A stretch of 64,000 bases of DNA. Source: an uncultured Acidobacteriota bacterium (GTDB taxonomy: Bacteria > Acidobacteriota > UBA6911). Shown piece after piece: positions 9,507 to 20,038 of this stretch. The DNA is taken from contig CAZHQK010000022.1 of the NCBI GenBank assembly GCA_964534795.1, positions 384-64,383 of the forward strand, given 5' to 3'. The notes beneath the pieces were generated by a model, which saw nothing but the letters and a program-made list of their open reading frames with translations, was not told the DNA's origin and ran no database searches. The translations under genes were made by a program, and so were the position numbers. Every line of letters starts with the position of its first letter. Position 1 is the stretch's first letter.

Positions 9507-12115
9507 CGGGCGGCGGCGACCACGGTGCGGGCCCAGTCCCAGCCCGTCAGGCCGCGCCGGTCGACCGCCTTGACCGCGACGTGCAGCGCCTCGCCGCCTT
9601 TCGCCTTCAGTCCCGCGAGGCGCGCCCGCGGCTCCTTGACGGTCAGCGTGTGCGCCATCGGGTCCGCGGCCGTGCCGTAGGCGACCAGGTACGATGTGAC
9701 CCCCTTTTCCGGGCTCGGCGCCCAGGAAACCTCGACGGTGTCCCCGTTGCGGCGCGCGGCTCGGAGGTCCTTGATCCGCGCCGGACTGGACGCCAGCAGC
9801 ATGATCGAGGCGATATTGGCCTTGGTTGCTTCGACGAGCAGCTGCTGGTTGACGTTTTCCAGCAGGTCCGTGGGCTGGTGGTAGTAAGGGCTGGCGACCA
9901 CGGGATGCGAGCCGATGCCGCCGACGATATCGCCGTAGGCTTCGTAGTAGGCCGCGGCGTCGGTCGCGCGGAAGTAGCGCGAGTCGTAGGTGATCATTTT
10001 CGAGAAGAGAATCGCGGCGGCGTGCTGCAGATCGCGGATGCCGGCGTTGGAGTAGCGGATCGTGTTGTCCAGCCGGTAGTCGTTGGTCCAGCCGATCATG
10101 TCGTTGTTCAGGGCTCCGGCGAGCTGCATCTTGCTCTCGACCGCGCGCCGCACGAACTCGCGGCTGCCGAGCAGGCCGGCCTCCTCGCCGGTGAAAGCCG
10201 CAAAGATCACGGTGGCGGGCAGGGGCTTGCCGGCAAGCAGGCGCGCCGTTTCGAGCAGCACTGCGACCGCCGAACTGTTGTCGTCGGCGCCCGGCCCGCG
10301 CTGGTTGGAATCGTAGTGGCTGCTGAGGACGTACACGATGTCGGGATTCTCGCTCCCGGTCAACGTCGCCAGGATGTTGGCCGTACGGATATCCCGCGAT
10401 GTGAACCACTGGTACTCGGGTTGATAGCCGAACGACTGGAAGAGCCGGAAAATGTAATCGCCGGCGGCCTTGTTGCCCGGCTGGGTGATGTGCTTGGAAT
10501 CGAAATCGAAGAGTGCCTCCTGGTACTCGTACAGGCGGCGGATGGAAACCTGCTCGGTCAGCGCGCGCACCCTGTCGGCGATCGGGCGGAACATCGCCTC
10601 GCCGCGCGCCCGCAGATCGCGCTCTGCGGCGAGGTTTGCCGTCAGGCGCGCCTCGAGGTCCTCCCGCGTGATCCTGCGCGTCAGGTCGAGCAGGTAGATG
10701 CCGCGCTCGGGCGAGATCGTGTCGCCGTCGCGGTCGGCCTGGATGAGCAACTGCGTGCCTGCGGGACTGGCCGCCCATTCGTACTCGGGCGCGATCGTGC
10801 GCACGGTGTTGTTGTGGAAAAGCTTCACGCCCGCGAGCGTCCGCAGGTCGTAGAGATACGAGCGGCTGTGGCGCGGCTCGCCCTTGACGGCGAGAATGGC
10901 GTCCGGCGTCAGGAAGCGCGGCAGGCGGTCGTTCTGGATCTCGCGCGTCACCCTGCGCTCCTCGGAACCGTCGCTCTTGATACAGAAGATCTCCTGGTTT
11001 CGTCTGTATACCATATCGTATACAGCAAGTCTGCCGTCCGGGGAAAGGGCGACCGAGGAGATGCGCTCGGTGGATTTCTTGATGGTCGCGGGCTGGAGGG
11101 TGCCCTCGAGCCTGAGGTACTGGATGGCGGTCTCGTCGCCGCTCTGCGTGAGGAAAGCCAGGGCGGAGCCGTCGGCCGAGATCGCAGGCGACGAGCCGGT
11201 GAATGTCTGGACCTTGCCGTCGGCCAGGTTCAGGACGGCGAACTGCCGCGACGCTTGGGGAATGCCGCCCGGGCGCCCCGCCGCCTCGGCGGTCGCGCCG
11301 CGCGGGAAGGGGGACTGGGGCGAAATCTGGTAGACGAGGTAGCGGCCGCCGGGGACTGCGACCGGGGCGATCTTGAATCCCGGGCCGGAAGTGAGCGGCC
11401 GCGGCCGCCCGGAATCGCCGGCGCAGTAGATGTCGCTGGCTGCGTTCTCTTCGGGCGGCGCGCCCACGAAGCAGACCTCGCGCCCGTCGGCGCTGAAGGT
11501 CAGGGTTCCCTTGAGCAGGCCGCCGTCGTCGAGCCGGCGCTCTTCACCCGATTTCAGATCGCGCACGAGGATCTGTGCGGCCTCGGCCTCGAGGCGGCTC
11601 AGGCGGCGCTGTCTTTCCGCGAACGCCTGGCGGTCGGGGGCCGGCTGGGCGCTCATCTCGTCGATCTCGCGCCGCAAGGTCGTGAGTTCCGCATTCTCCC
11701 GGAATCCGAGATAGGCCGCGCGGTCGTGCGCGGGCGAAAAGACGAGGTTGACGCCCGGAATGTCCGCCACAGTGCGCGGCAGCGTGCCGATTTCAATGAT
11801 GCGGGTGGCCGGCGCGGTGCGCGTGCCCGTGTCGAAGGCGGCGTATCGGCCGGAGGGACTGAACCTGGGCGAGCGGCCGTCGCGCGCGATCTCGGTCACC
11901 TGGTAGAGCTCGCCGGTGGTCAGGGCGATGCGCTCGAAGTAGCGGTCGGCCTCCGGGCCCTTCATGATGGCCTGGAATTCCTCGAGGGCGGCGATGTAGT
12001 CGCCGCAGCCCCAGGCATCGAGTGCCCGCTCGAAGCGCGCCTCGGTCGCTTCCTGCTGGGCGCTCAGGGAAGCGCAGGCGGCGAGTAAAAGGATCGCGAA
12101 AAATTTTCGTTTCAT
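9503..12115 (-). CDS. Secreted M28 peptidase with TolB/PD40-like propeller and C-terminal FN3-like domain
   Basis: Signal peptide MKRKFF; repeated FSP.G/SPDG motifs; [35 protein letters not shown]. Confidence 0.88.
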   Translation of the reverse strand: MKRKFFAILLLAACASLSAQQEATEARFERALDAWGCGDYIAALEEFQAIMKGPEADRYFERIALTTGELYQVTEIARDGRSPRFSPSGRYAAFDTGTRTAPATRIIEIGTLPRTVADIPGVNLVFSPAHDRAAYLGFRENAELTTLRREIDEMSAQPAPDRQAFAERQRRLSRLEAEAAQILVRDLKSGEERRLDDGGLLKGTLTFSADGREVCFVGAPPEENAASDIYCAGDSGRPRPLTSGPGFKIAPVAVPGGRYLVYQISPQSPFPRGATAEAAGRPGGIPQASRQFAVLNLADGKVQTFTGSSPAISADGSALAFLTQSGDETAIQYLRLEGTLQPATIKKSTERISSVALSPDGRLAVYDMVYRRNQEIFCIKSDGSEERRVTREIQNDRLPRFLTPDAILAVKGEPRHSRSYLYDLRTLAGVKLFHNNTVRTIAPEYEWAASPAGTQLLIQADRDGDTISPERGIYLLDLTRRITREDLEARLTANLAAERDLRARGEAMFRPIADRVRALTEQVSIRRLYEYQEALFDFDSKHITQPGNKAAGDYIFRLFQSFGYQPEYQWFTSRDIRTANILATLTGSENPDIVYVLSSHYDSNQRGPGADDNSSAVAVLLETARLLAGKPLPATVIFAAFTGEEAGLLGSREFVRRAVESKMQLAGALNNDMIGWTNDYRLDNTIRYSNAGIRDLQHAAAILFSKMITYDSRYFRATDAAAYYEAYGDIVGGIGSHPVVASPYYHQPTDLLENVNQQLLVEATKANIASIMLLASSPARIKDLRAARRNGDTVEVSWAPSPEKGVTSYLVAYGTAADPMAHTLTVKEPRARLAGLKAKGGEALHVAVKAVDRRGLTGWDWARTVVAAAR

Positions 12116-12346
12116 CGGGAAGCCTCGCGGCAAAATCGATAGAATAACCGTGCTGGAACGGCGCCGAACATCCGGGCGCATAACGGCTGAAATTAACATG
12201 CAGGCCCGGCAAGTTCCACAATATTCCCGTCGCGGCACCTCGGGGATCCGGCCGCTCCGGCGACGGAAGGCGGCGGGCTGTGCGCGCCGGCGGCCCTGGG
12301 CGGGGGTATTGCCCGATGATGGGGACAAGCTGCAAGGGGAGCGGAC

Positions 12347-13324
12347 ATGGAAACGCGGAGGCTGGGTAACACGGACATGGAGATCACCCCCATCGGCTTG
12401 GGGGCCTGGGCCATGGGAGGGGGCGGCTGGGCGTATGCCTGGGGCCCGCAGGACGACGGCGAGTCGATCGCGGCGATCCACCGGGCGGTCGATCTCGGGA
12501 TCAACTGGATCGATACGGCCGCCGCATACGGCCTGGGGCACGCCGAGGAGATCGTGGCGCGTGCGCTTGCCGCGCTGCCGCGGTCGCGCAGGCCGCTGGT
12601 CTTCACCAAGTGCAGCCTTTTGTGGAACGAACGGGGAGATATCTATCATCGCCTGGAGCCGGACTCGATCCGCCGCGAGTGCGAACAGAGCCTGCGGCGT
12701 TTGGCCGTCGAAAGCATCGATCTCTACCAGATCCACTGGGCAACCCTTACGGGCGATCCGGCGGCGCCGGGAATCGAGGAGGCCTGGGAAACGCTCGCCG
12801 AGCTCCGCCAATCCGGGAAAGTCCGCTGGATCGGCGTCAGCAACTTCAGTGTCGCCCAGCTCGAGCGCATCCGCAGGATCGCGCCCGTCAGCTCTCTGCA
12901 GCCGCCCTATTCCATGATCAAGCGCGAGATCGAAGCCGAGGTGCTGCCTTATTGCGCGGCTCACGGCATCGGCGTGATCGTCTACTCGCCGATGGCTTCG
13001 GGGCTGCTCAGCGGCGCCATGACGCGGGAGCGCATCGCCGCGCTCCCGCCGGACGACTGGCGCCGCACGAAGAGCAGGGAATTCCAGGAACCGCGGCTCT
13101 CGCGCAATCTGCGCCTGGTCGAGCGGCTGCGCGCGATCGGCGCGCGTCACGGGCGCTCGCCCGGCGAGGTGGCGATCGCCTGGACTCTGCGCCGGCCGGA
13201 AGTCACGGGCGCCATCGTCGGGGCGCGCCGGCCCGAGCAGGTGGACGGCTTCATCGGCGCGGCCGATTTCCGGCTGCAGGAGGCGGAGCTGGCTGAGATC
13301 GAGGCGGCTCTGGCGGAAGCCTGA
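12347..13324 (+). CDS. Aldo/keto reductase
   Basis: IGLGAW, IDTAAAYG, IDLYQIHW, IGVSNF, YSPMASGLL. Confidence 0.95.
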   Translation: METRRLGNTDMEITPIGLGAWAMGGGGWAYAWGPQDDGESIAAIHRAVDLGINWIDTAAAYGLGHAEEIVARALAALPRSRRPLVFTKCSLLWNERGDIYHRLEPDSIRRECEQSLRRLAVESIDLYQIHWATLTGDPAAPGIEEAWETLAELRQSGKVRWIGVSNFSVAQLERIRRIAPVSSLQPPYSMIKREIEAEVLPYCAAHGIGVIVYSPMASGLLSGAMTRERIAALPPDDWRRTKSREFQEPRLSRNLRLVERLRAIGARHGRSPGEVAIAWTLRRPEVTGAIVGARRPEQVDGFIGAADFRLQEAELAEIEAALAEA

Positions 13325-13356
13325 ACCGCGCGTGCTTGCGATCAGGAGATCTCGCG

Positions 13357-14766
13357 ATGGAAGTCCGGCACTTCGATGTCGTGATACTCGGCGGGGGCCC
13401 GGCCGGGGAGCGTGCCGCCGTCCAGGCGGCGCGCGCCGGCAAGCGCGCGGCCATAGTGGAGCGCGAGCACGTGGTCGGCGGGACCTGCATCAACTGGGGG
13501 ACCATTCCCAGCAAGACGCTGCGCGAAAGCGCGATCTTCGTGCTCGGCCTGACCACGCGCAAGATCGAGGGGATCCGCTGCGAGGTGGGCGCGCGCATCA
13601 CCATGGCCGATTTCATGCACCACGAGCGCATGGTGGTGCAGCGCGAGCTGGAGCTGGTCAACCGCACGCTGGACAAGTATCGGATCGAGGTCGTCGAGGG
13701 GCACGGCCGTTTCGTCGATCCGCACACCGTCGCGGTCGCCGGCAAGGACGGGCGCGAGCGCTGCCGCTTGGTCGCCGACGTGATCGTGATCGCGACCGGA
13801 TCGAGCCCCAACCGGCCCGCGGACATCGACTTCGACGGCCGCACGGTTTTCGACAGCGGCACGATCCTTCACCTCGACGGGCCTATGCCCGGTTCGATGA
13901 TCGTCCTGGGAGCGGGAGTCATCGGGGTGGAGTACGCCTGCATTTTCGCCGCGCTCGGCGTCCGCGTGACGCTTGTGGACACGCGCGATCGCCTTCTGCC
14001 GTACCTCGACCGCGAGATCGTGGACATCTTCCAGCGGGCCATGAGCGGGCTCGGAATAGTCCTTGTAAGCGGCGATCACTACAGCAGGATCGAGAAGGCC
14101 GGCGGCGATCGCCCGTCCGTGATCTGCCGCCTGCGCAGCGGTACCACGCTCTCCGCCGACATCCTGCTTTACTGCGTGGGGCGCGACGGCAACACGCGCG
14201 ACCTCGGGCTCGAGCGTATCGGCATCCGCACTACCGAACGAGGCCTGCTCGAGGTCAACCGCAATTACCAGACGGTGCACCCGCACATCTATGCCGTGGG
14301 CGACGTCATCGGTTATCCGGCGCTCGCCAGCACATCCGCCGAGCAGGGCCGCCAGGCGATACGCCATGCCTTCGGCATTCCCGGACCGCAGGGTAAAACC
14401 GAGCTGCTGCCCTTTGCCGTCTACACCATACCGGAAATCAGCTACATCGGGCCCACCGAAGAGGAACTGGCGCGGGCCGGGGAGCAATACGTGATTGGGC
14501 GCGGGCGCTACGCCATGAACCCGCGCGGCCAGATACTCGAGGACACCGACGGCATGCTGAAGCTCCTGTTCGATGCCGGAAGCCTGCGCCTGCGGGCGGC
14601 GCACGTCATCGGGACGAACGCCAGCGAACTCGTCCACATCGGGCAGGCGTTCCTGCGCAACTCGGCCGATGCGTGGCAGATCGCCGAAACCCTTTATAAT
14701 TATCCGACGCTGTCGGACCTGTACCGGCATGCCGCCCTGGAAGCCATCGGAAACCAGCGAAAATAG
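13357..14766 (+). CDS. sthA: Soluble pyridine nucleotide transhydrogenase (SthA-like)
   Basis: GGGPAG, GGTCINWGTIPSKTLRE (lacks second Cys), GAGVIG.EYA, NYPTL. Confidence 0.85.
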   Translation: MEVRHFDVVILGGGPAGERAAVQAARAGKRAAIVEREHVVGGTCINWGTIPSKTLRESAIFVLGLTTRKIEGIRCEVGARITMADFMHHERMVVQRELELVNRTLDKYRIEVVEGHGRFVDPHTVAVAGKDGRERCRLVADVIVIATGSSPNRPADIDFDGRTVFDSGTILHLDGPMPGSMIVLGAGVIGVEYACIFAALGVRVTLVDTRDRLLPYLDREIVDIFQRAMSGLGIVLVSGDHYSRIEKAGGDRPSVICRLRSGTTLSADILLYCVGRDGNTRDLGLERIGIRTTERGLLEVNRNYQTVHPHIYAVGDVIGYPALASTSAEQGRQAIRHAFGIPGPQGKTELLPFAVYTIPEISYIGPTEEELARAGEQYVIGRGRYAMNPRGQILEDTDGMLKLLFDAGSLRLRAAHVIGTNASELVHIGQAFLRNSADAWQIAETLYNYPTLSDLYRHAALEAIGNQRK

Positions 14767-14835
14767 GGACGCTCACCGTTTATAGCTGCGGGTAGGAGAC
14801 GGGTCTTGTGCCGAAAAATGGTGAGCGTCCCTATT
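14762..14835. repeat. Family B inverted-repeat doublet (GGGACGCTCACC)
   Basis: AATAGGGACGCTCACCGTTT ... AAATGGTGAGCGTCCCTATT (19/20 inverted match). Confidence 0.85.
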
Positions 14836-14846
14836 AAGGAGGGTGC

Positions 14847-16280
14847 ATGAGAGACCGAGATGAAAGGGTTCTTGTTGGCGTTATGCTGCTTTGCCTGCTG
14901 GCACTGAGTGAACCGCTCGGCGCACAGCAGAAACCGCAGGTGATTCCGCCCGAATCGCCTCAAATGACGGCGCTGCGCAAGGAGCTCGACGCCGGGGTCG
15001 ATGCCCTGGCCGCGCGGCTGATCGAAATGAGCGACTGGATGTATCACCATCCGGAGCCGGGTTACCTGGAGTTCCAGGCCGCGGCCATGCTGACCAAGGA
15101 ATTGGAGCGTCACGGGTTTCAGGTGGAGATGGGCGTGCCCGGGCTCGATCCGGGATTCGACCGGCTGAAGATCGTAGGCGGGCTGCCGGCCGACTACTCG
15201 GGCCCCCCTGGAATGCCGACCGCTTTCAAGGCGAAATACAAGGGCAGGACGCAACACCCGGTGATCGGCATCGCCGTCGAATACGACGCCCTGCGCGGCC
15301 ATCCGCCGTTTCACGGCTGCCAGCACAATATGCAGGGTCCGACCGGGGTCGGGGCCGCGGTCGCTCTGGCCAAGCTCATGGAGGCGCACGGCATCGCCGG
15401 CAGCGTGTGGGTGATCGGCACGCCCGCCGAAGAGGTCGGGCCGCCGGCCAAGGCGGCCCAGGCGCGGGCGGGCTATTACGACGGCATCGACTTCATGTTG
15501 CGCAGCCATGGAACCGCCCGGGAGACGCTGCGCTACCCCGGGGGCTTCTCGGCGCGGCACATCCGCCAGATGAAATACACCTTTCACGGCAAGTCCGCCC
15601 ACGCGCAGAGCGCCTGGCAGGGGCGGAGTGCGCTCGACGCCGTGCTCCTGCTTTTCCATTCGGTGGACATGATGCGCGAGCACTCGGAACCGCAATTCCG
15701 CTTCCACGGCGTCATCACCGAAGGGGGCGTGGCGCCCAACATCGTACCCGAGCGGGCGTCGGCGCTGATGTGGATCCGGCACATCATCGACGAAACTCCG
15801 GTGGGATCGATAAGCCCCAAAAAGGCCGGCGAGCTGATGGCCGCCAAAGTCGCCGAGCTGGATGCCATGGCCAAGGCGGCGGCCATGGCGACGGGCACCA
15901 CGGTCGAAATCGACCATTACGGCGAGTATGTCCCGGGGGTGTCGGTCGGTGCCTTCAACGACGTGGCCTTCCAGTATGCCGTCGACTATGGGGGCGTCGG
16001 CATCGGCGAAAGAGCGGTGCCCGACCAGTGGGAGGAAACCGGCTTCGCGACCCTGCTCGTGCCCGGGGTCCACATTCGCATCGGCACCGCCGACATCCCG
16101 GAAGCGCCCGGCCATTCGCAGGCGAACGCGGATATCACGATCAGCCCGGCAGGTCATCGCTCGCTGATCCTGACGGCAAAGGTCATGGCAGCGACCGCAT
16201 TGAGGCTGCTCATGGACGAAGACCTGCGCAAGCGCATCCGCGCGGAGCACGACGAGCAGGTCCAGCGCTATCGCAAGTGA
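14847..16280 (+). CDS. Secreted M20 family amidohydrolase (AbgB-like)
   Basis: Signal peptide; HPEPG..E, EYDAL, HGCQHN, GTPAEE, FHGKSAHA, GGVAPNIVP. Confidence 0.88.
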   Translation: MRDRDERVLVGVMLLCLLALSEPLGAQQKPQVIPPESPQMTALRKELDAGVDALAARLIEMSDWMYHHPEPGYLEFQAAAMLTKELERHGFQVEMGVPGLDPGFDRLKIVGGLPADYSGPPGMPTAFKAKYKGRTQHPVIGIAVEYDALRGHPPFHGCQHNMQGPTGVGAAVALAKLMEAHGIAGSVWVIGTPAEEVGPPAKAAQARAGYYDGIDFMLRSHGTARETLRYPGGFSARHIRQMKYTFHGKSAHAQSAWQGRSALDAVLLLFHSVDMMREHSEPQFRFHGVITEGGVAPNIVPERASALMWIRHIIDETPVGSISPKKAGELMAAKVAELDAMAKAAAMATGTTVEIDHYGEYVPGVSVGAFNDVAFQYAVDYGGVGIGERAVPDQWEETGFATLLVPGVHIRIGTADIPEAPGHSQANADITISPAGHRSLILTAKVMAATALRLLMDEDLRKRIRAEHDEQVQRYRK

Positions 16281-16640
16281 GCGCGCGCCTGCGGGTTTTG
16301 CGGGAGCCCGCTTCAACTCAGTGGGACGGGGAGCGGCGCCGAGGTACTGCTCGAGCTCGTTGACTTGGTCGATCAGGATGCGGATCTTGCGCGGGCCGGG
16401 AACGATGCCGCGGTGGACGACCTCGTTGCGCAGCACCCTGAGCCGCCGCCGGCATGCCTTGCGCATCGCAGCGGCTGGGTAGATGGCGGCGTGCGCATGG
16501 AACTCGAGGGCGATTATCGTTGAAGCCGCTGCCGGAAGGCAAGCATGGGGTACGGCTTCATGCGGGCGGCGGTTTTCCGGCGTTATCGGCGCGACAATAG
16601 CTCGGCTCGGAGATGAGTTTAAAAAAAGCGAATTTTTCAC

Positions 16641-16668
16641 TTGACATGCAGAAAGTCAAAAGATAAGA
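16641..16668 (+). promoter_or_regulatory. sigma70 promoter with overlapping palindromic operator
   Basis: TTGACA-16 nt-TAAGAT; TTGAC-N9-GTCAA inverted repeat at 16641-16659. Confidence 0.65.
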
Positions 16669-16742
16669 TCATGCCATTATCGATTGGCCGGGAAGAAATC
16701 GGCCGCTCGGGTGTAGGTTGGTGCGGGGATGGCTCGCAGGCT

Positions 16743-17144
16743 ATGGTTTCCACAACCGGAAAATATGCGTTGCGCATACTCGGCTGCCTCGTAGGCCATC
16801 CCGACAAAATCATGCTGGCCAAGGAGATCGCCGCGGAAACGGGCGTTCCGGCCAACTATTCGTCCAAGATATTGAATCAGTTGCGCAAAAAGGGACTGGT
16901 GCGCAGCCGCAAGGGCTGGGGCGGCGGATTCATGATCGAGCCGCAGGCCCTCTCTGCCCGCATTTCGCAAGTCCTCGAGCTTTTCGAGGGACAAAGCAAG
17001 GAGACCGTTTGCGCGCTCGGGCTCGCTCCGTGCGGCAGCGAAAAGCCGTGCCCGATGCACGGCCACTGGCAGCGGATCTGCAACGAGTATCGTGAGATGC
17101 TCGACGAGGTTTCCATCGGAGACTTACCGACCCGGGCGGCATGA
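16743..17144 (+). CDS. Rrf2 family transcriptional regulator
   Basis: YALR, KILNQL, VRS.KG.GGGF, C-x6-C-x5-CPMH. Confidence 0.92.
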   Translation: MVSTTGKYALRILGCLVGHPDKIMLAKEIAAETGVPANYSSKILNQLRKKGLVRSRKGWGGGFMIEPQALSARISQVLELFEGQSKETVCALGLAPCGSEKPCPMHGHWQRICNEYREMLDEVSIGDLPTRAA

Positions 17145-17256
17145 ATCCTGCCGCGTCGCCCGGCGCGCCGAATCCCGCAGAGCGCGGTTGTGAAACGGCC
17201 GGATGCGATCCTCCGGACCGGAGTCACTGGGCCCGTCCGGAGACGGAAGGAGAACC

Positions 17257-17817
17257 ATGAGCACTGCCATAGAAGCGCTGATGCATGAGCATCGGATAAT
17301 CGAAAAGGTCCTCGAGGCGCTGGAAAGGTTCTCCGATGCGGTCGCCAAAGGGGACAAGGTCGAGCGGGCCCGCATTCGCGAATTCGCAGATTTCTTCAGG
17401 AATTTCGCCGACCGGTGCCATCACGGCAAGGAAGAGGATCGGCTTTTTGCCGCCATGATCGAGCACGGCTTCGCCCGGGACCGGGGCCCGATCGCCGTCA
17501 TGCTGGAGGAACACCGCACAGGCCGCGAACATGTGGGCGCTCTGGCGCGCATCGGCGAAAGCGACGGGCCGCTGACCGAAGACGAGCGCCGCCGGCTGTG
17601 CAGCCATGCACTGGCGTACGCGGCGCTGCTCAAGGCCCATATCCAGAAGGAGGACAACATCCTCTACCCCATGGCCCTCGGCGCCCTGCCCGCACAGGTC
17701 ATGGTCCGCCTGAAGAAGGAATTCGATGAATTCGAAAAGCAGGTCATGGGCGAAGGCACCCACGAGCGCTACCACGAACTCGCCCGGCGGCTCGCCGATG
17801 CCTTCCAAGATGCCTGA
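17257..17817 (+). CDS. Hemerythrin domain protein
   Basis: LMHEH, CHHGKEE, MLEEH, HIQKEDNILYPMA. Confidence 0.92.
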   Translation: MSTAIEALMHEHRIIEKVLEALERFSDAVAKGDKVERARIREFADFFRNFADRCHHGKEEDRLFAAMIEHGFARDRGPIAVMLEEHRTGREHVGALARIGESDGPLTEDERRRLCSHALAYAALLKAHIQKEDNILYPMALGALPAQVMVRLKKEFDEFEKQVMGEGTHERYHELARRLADAFQDA

Positions 17818-17859
17818 TCGGTTTTTTTCACGCGTGAATCATTTTCCGGGAGTCGAGTT

Positions 17860-18414
17860 ATGGATGTTCTGGATATCCTGTCCAACGAGCACGGTTTGAT
17901 ACGGCGCTATCTCGAAGAAGTCAGCCTGGCCGCGGAAAAAATGGAAAGCGGCGCGCGCCCGCCGCGCGAGTTTTTCGACAAGGCCATCGAATTCGCGCGC
18001 GCCTTCGCCGATCGCTACCACCATTTCAAGGAAGAGTACCTCATGTTCGTGCGCATGGCGCAGAAGCGCAAGGGTGAAATCGACGCTCAGCTCGAGGCGC
18101 TGCGCCACCAGCACGAGAGAGGGCGCAACCTGATTGCGGCCATGGCCGAGCGCTTGGACGAATATGCGAAGGGCAATGCGACCGCCGCCGCCGAGCTCCT
18201 GGAAAACCTGGCCGCCTATGCCGCTATGCTCAAGCATCACATCCATATCGAGGACCACGTCTTCTATCCCATGGCCAGGCGGGAACTCGACACCCAGGAC
18301 ATGGCGCAGCTCCTCGACGAGTTCGAGAGCGACCGCAGCCGGGCGGGGGAGCGGACGTTCGAAAACTCCCACAAGCTCGTCGTCGACATGGGCTCGATTC
18401 TCGCCCACATGTGA
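17860..18414 (+). CDS. Hemerythrin domain protein
   Basis: LSNEH, HHFKEE, HQHERGR, HIHIEDHVFYPMA. Confidence 0.92.
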   Translation: MDVLDILSNEHGLIRRYLEEVSLAAEKMESGARPPREFFDKAIEFARAFADRYHHFKEEYLMFVRMAQKRKGEIDAQLEALRHQHERGRNLIAAMAERLDEYAKGNATAAAELLENLAAYAAMLKHHIHIEDHVFYPMARRELDTQDMAQLLDEFESDRSRAGERTFENSHKLVVDMGSILAHM

Positions 18415-18488
18415 CGTGGCGGGCCGGCGCGCCCCGGTACCTATAATGGAGCTTGCGTGCGGGCGGCGGGCAAGGTAAGGTTACGGCC

Positions 18489-18716
18489 ATGAAGCGCGTG
18501 CAAGTGATGATCGACGAACCGCTGTTGCGCCTGCTGGACGAGGACGAAGAGGTCCGGGCGCTGGGGCGCTCCGCCGTGCTGCGGCGCGCGGCACTCGAGT
18601 ACCTGAAACGGACGCGCGGTCGTCGGATCGCCCAGAGATACCGCCGCCTGCATGCCGAAAGCCAGGTCCAAGGGGACAAACCCGAGGCCTGGGAAGAAGA
18701 GGAAGTACCCGAATAG
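18489..18716 (+). CDS. CopG/ribbon-helix-helix protein (antitoxin-like)
   Basis: MKRVQVMIDEPLL...RSAVLRRAALEYL with acidic W-containing tail; TATAAT at 18442 and AAGG RBS upstream. Confidence 0.75.
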   Translation: MKRVQVMIDEPLLRLLDEDEEVRALGRSAVLRRAALEYLKRTRGRRIAQRYRRLHAESQVQGDKPEAWEEEEVPE

Positions 18717-18763
18717 GCGCCGAACGCCCGTCCGGCTCGGCCGGCCGGAAGAGGCCGCGCACC

Positions 18764-18961
18764 TCAGCACTCGTACAGTTGCCTTCTGGCAAAGCCGTCG
18801 CAGCTGCACCATCCTTTGGGCCGACGGCTGTCCCATTGCATGCAGCCGAAAGCTTCGTGGTGCTCGTAGCGATAATGGCCGCAGCGGCACTTTTCCATGT
18901 AATCGATCTTCGGCTGCCTGACCGGAAGAGGTACTGCACGGATCCTGACCGGACTTGCCAT
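18764..18961 (-). CDS. Small Cys/His-rich putative zinc-binding protein (65 aa)
   Basis: CRCGH...EH...GC...CSC..F pattern; GGGGG RBS-like run; sigma54 motif upstream. Confidence 0.6.
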   Translation of the reverse strand: MASPVRIRAVPLPVRQPKIDYMEKCRCGHYRYEHHEAFGCMQWDSRRPKGWCSCDGFARRQLYEC

Positions 18962-19088
18962 GAAAACACCCCCCAACTTCGGTCTCGGACGGAGCGAGTC
19001 GCGGCCCCGACGTCTCGCGGAGCCTCGTTCCCGCTCCCTTTACTGCAGAGGAGCACCCGCGAACACAAAGGCGCTCGTTCAATGAATA

Positions 19089-19104
19089 AGCAAAGGTTGT
19101 GCCA
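19089..19104 (-). promoter_or_regulatory. sigma54 (-24/-12) promoter
   Basis: Minus strand TGGCAC-AACCT-TTGCT matches TGGCAC-N5-TTGCW exactly. Confidence 0.75.
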
Positions 19105-19206
19105 GGCCTCGCGGATGTGAGGGATGCAGGTTTTCCTGGGGATTTTGCTGCATCCGGCGCGTGCGCGTGCGCCGGCAGGTGGCGGATTCGGGGAAAAATT
19201 CCATTA

Positions 19207-20022
19207 TCAGGGACGGCGCAGCACGACGTCGCGCGCGATGAAGTAGCCCAGCGCCGCCCCGGCGAAAACATCCGATACGAAGTGCGTCTCCAGCGACACG
19301 CGCGAGAAGCCGACGACTCCCGCCAGGCCGTAAGCCGCCCAGCGGCGCCATGCCGGGTGCGGATAGCGCCGCGCGTAGACGGTCGCCACCGAGAACGCGG
19401 CTATCGTGTGGCCGGAAGGAAAGCTGCCGATGCCCCGGATCCAGCTGCCGTTCTTCTTGCGGAACCATGTGGCCGAAAAGTCCCCTCCCGGCGGCACCAG
19501 CCCCGGGTTCAGCCGGCGCGTGACGTCCTTCATCACCGACGTGAGTATTTCCGAGTCGAGGACGGCTTCGGCCGCGAGCACGTAAGTCTGCTGCGCGTAG
19601 ACATCCTTTTGCAGCAGGCCGACGGCATAGAGCGCGGTCGGGAAAAGGATCATGCCGCGTGCCGTGTTGTAGCCGCTGAAGACCCTGTTGAACCCCCCGA
19701 AGGAATCCGTCCGCTGGAAATACTTCCCGCCGTAGGGGTCCAGGGCGACGAGCGCGGCCGTGGTCCCGGCGACGGCCAGCGCAGGCGTCAGGTGGCGTCC
19801 GCGCGCGGCCGCCGCCGGGAAAAGCCATATGCGCTTCTGATCGCGCAAGAGGTTGGGAGCCAGCTTTTTCCAGCCTTCCAGGTAGAATCCCCTGGTCGGC
19901 TGGCCGGGGGTACCTCCTTGAGAAGCCGCCGCCCCGGCGGCCTCGGCCTGCTCCGGCGGATCCTGTGCGGTGCAGTTAATCGAAACAAAAAGAAGCGCCG
20001 CCAGCGACAGCGTTGCTTTCAT
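19207..20022 (-). CDS. PAP2 family phosphatase
   Basis: K..TRR..P, SFPSGH, SRV....HFVSDV. Confidence 0.9.
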   Translation of the reverse strand: MKATLSLAALLFVSINCTAQDPPEQAEAAGAAASQGGTPGQPTRGFYLEGWKKLAPNLLRDQKRIWLFPAAAARGRHLTPALAVAGTTAALVALDPYGGKYFQRTDSFGGFNRVFSGYNTARGMILFPTALYAVGLLQKDVYAQQTYVLAAEAVLDSEILTSVMKDVTRRLNPGLVPPGGDFSATWFRKKNGSWIRGIGSFPSGHTIAAFSVATVYARRYPHPAWRRWAAYGLAGVVGFSRVSLETHFVSDVFAGAALGYFIARDVVLRRP

Positions 20023-20038
20023 CGGCCTCTCCGGCACG

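Noticed and set aside
9581-12088. 835-aa ORF opposite the M28 peptidase
   Set aside because: Antisense shadow; no recognisable domain.
18962-19080. Cobalamin or other known riboswitch in the leader
   Set aside because: Only a loose AAGGGA match; the conserved B12 box is missing. Kept only as an unclassified structured leader.
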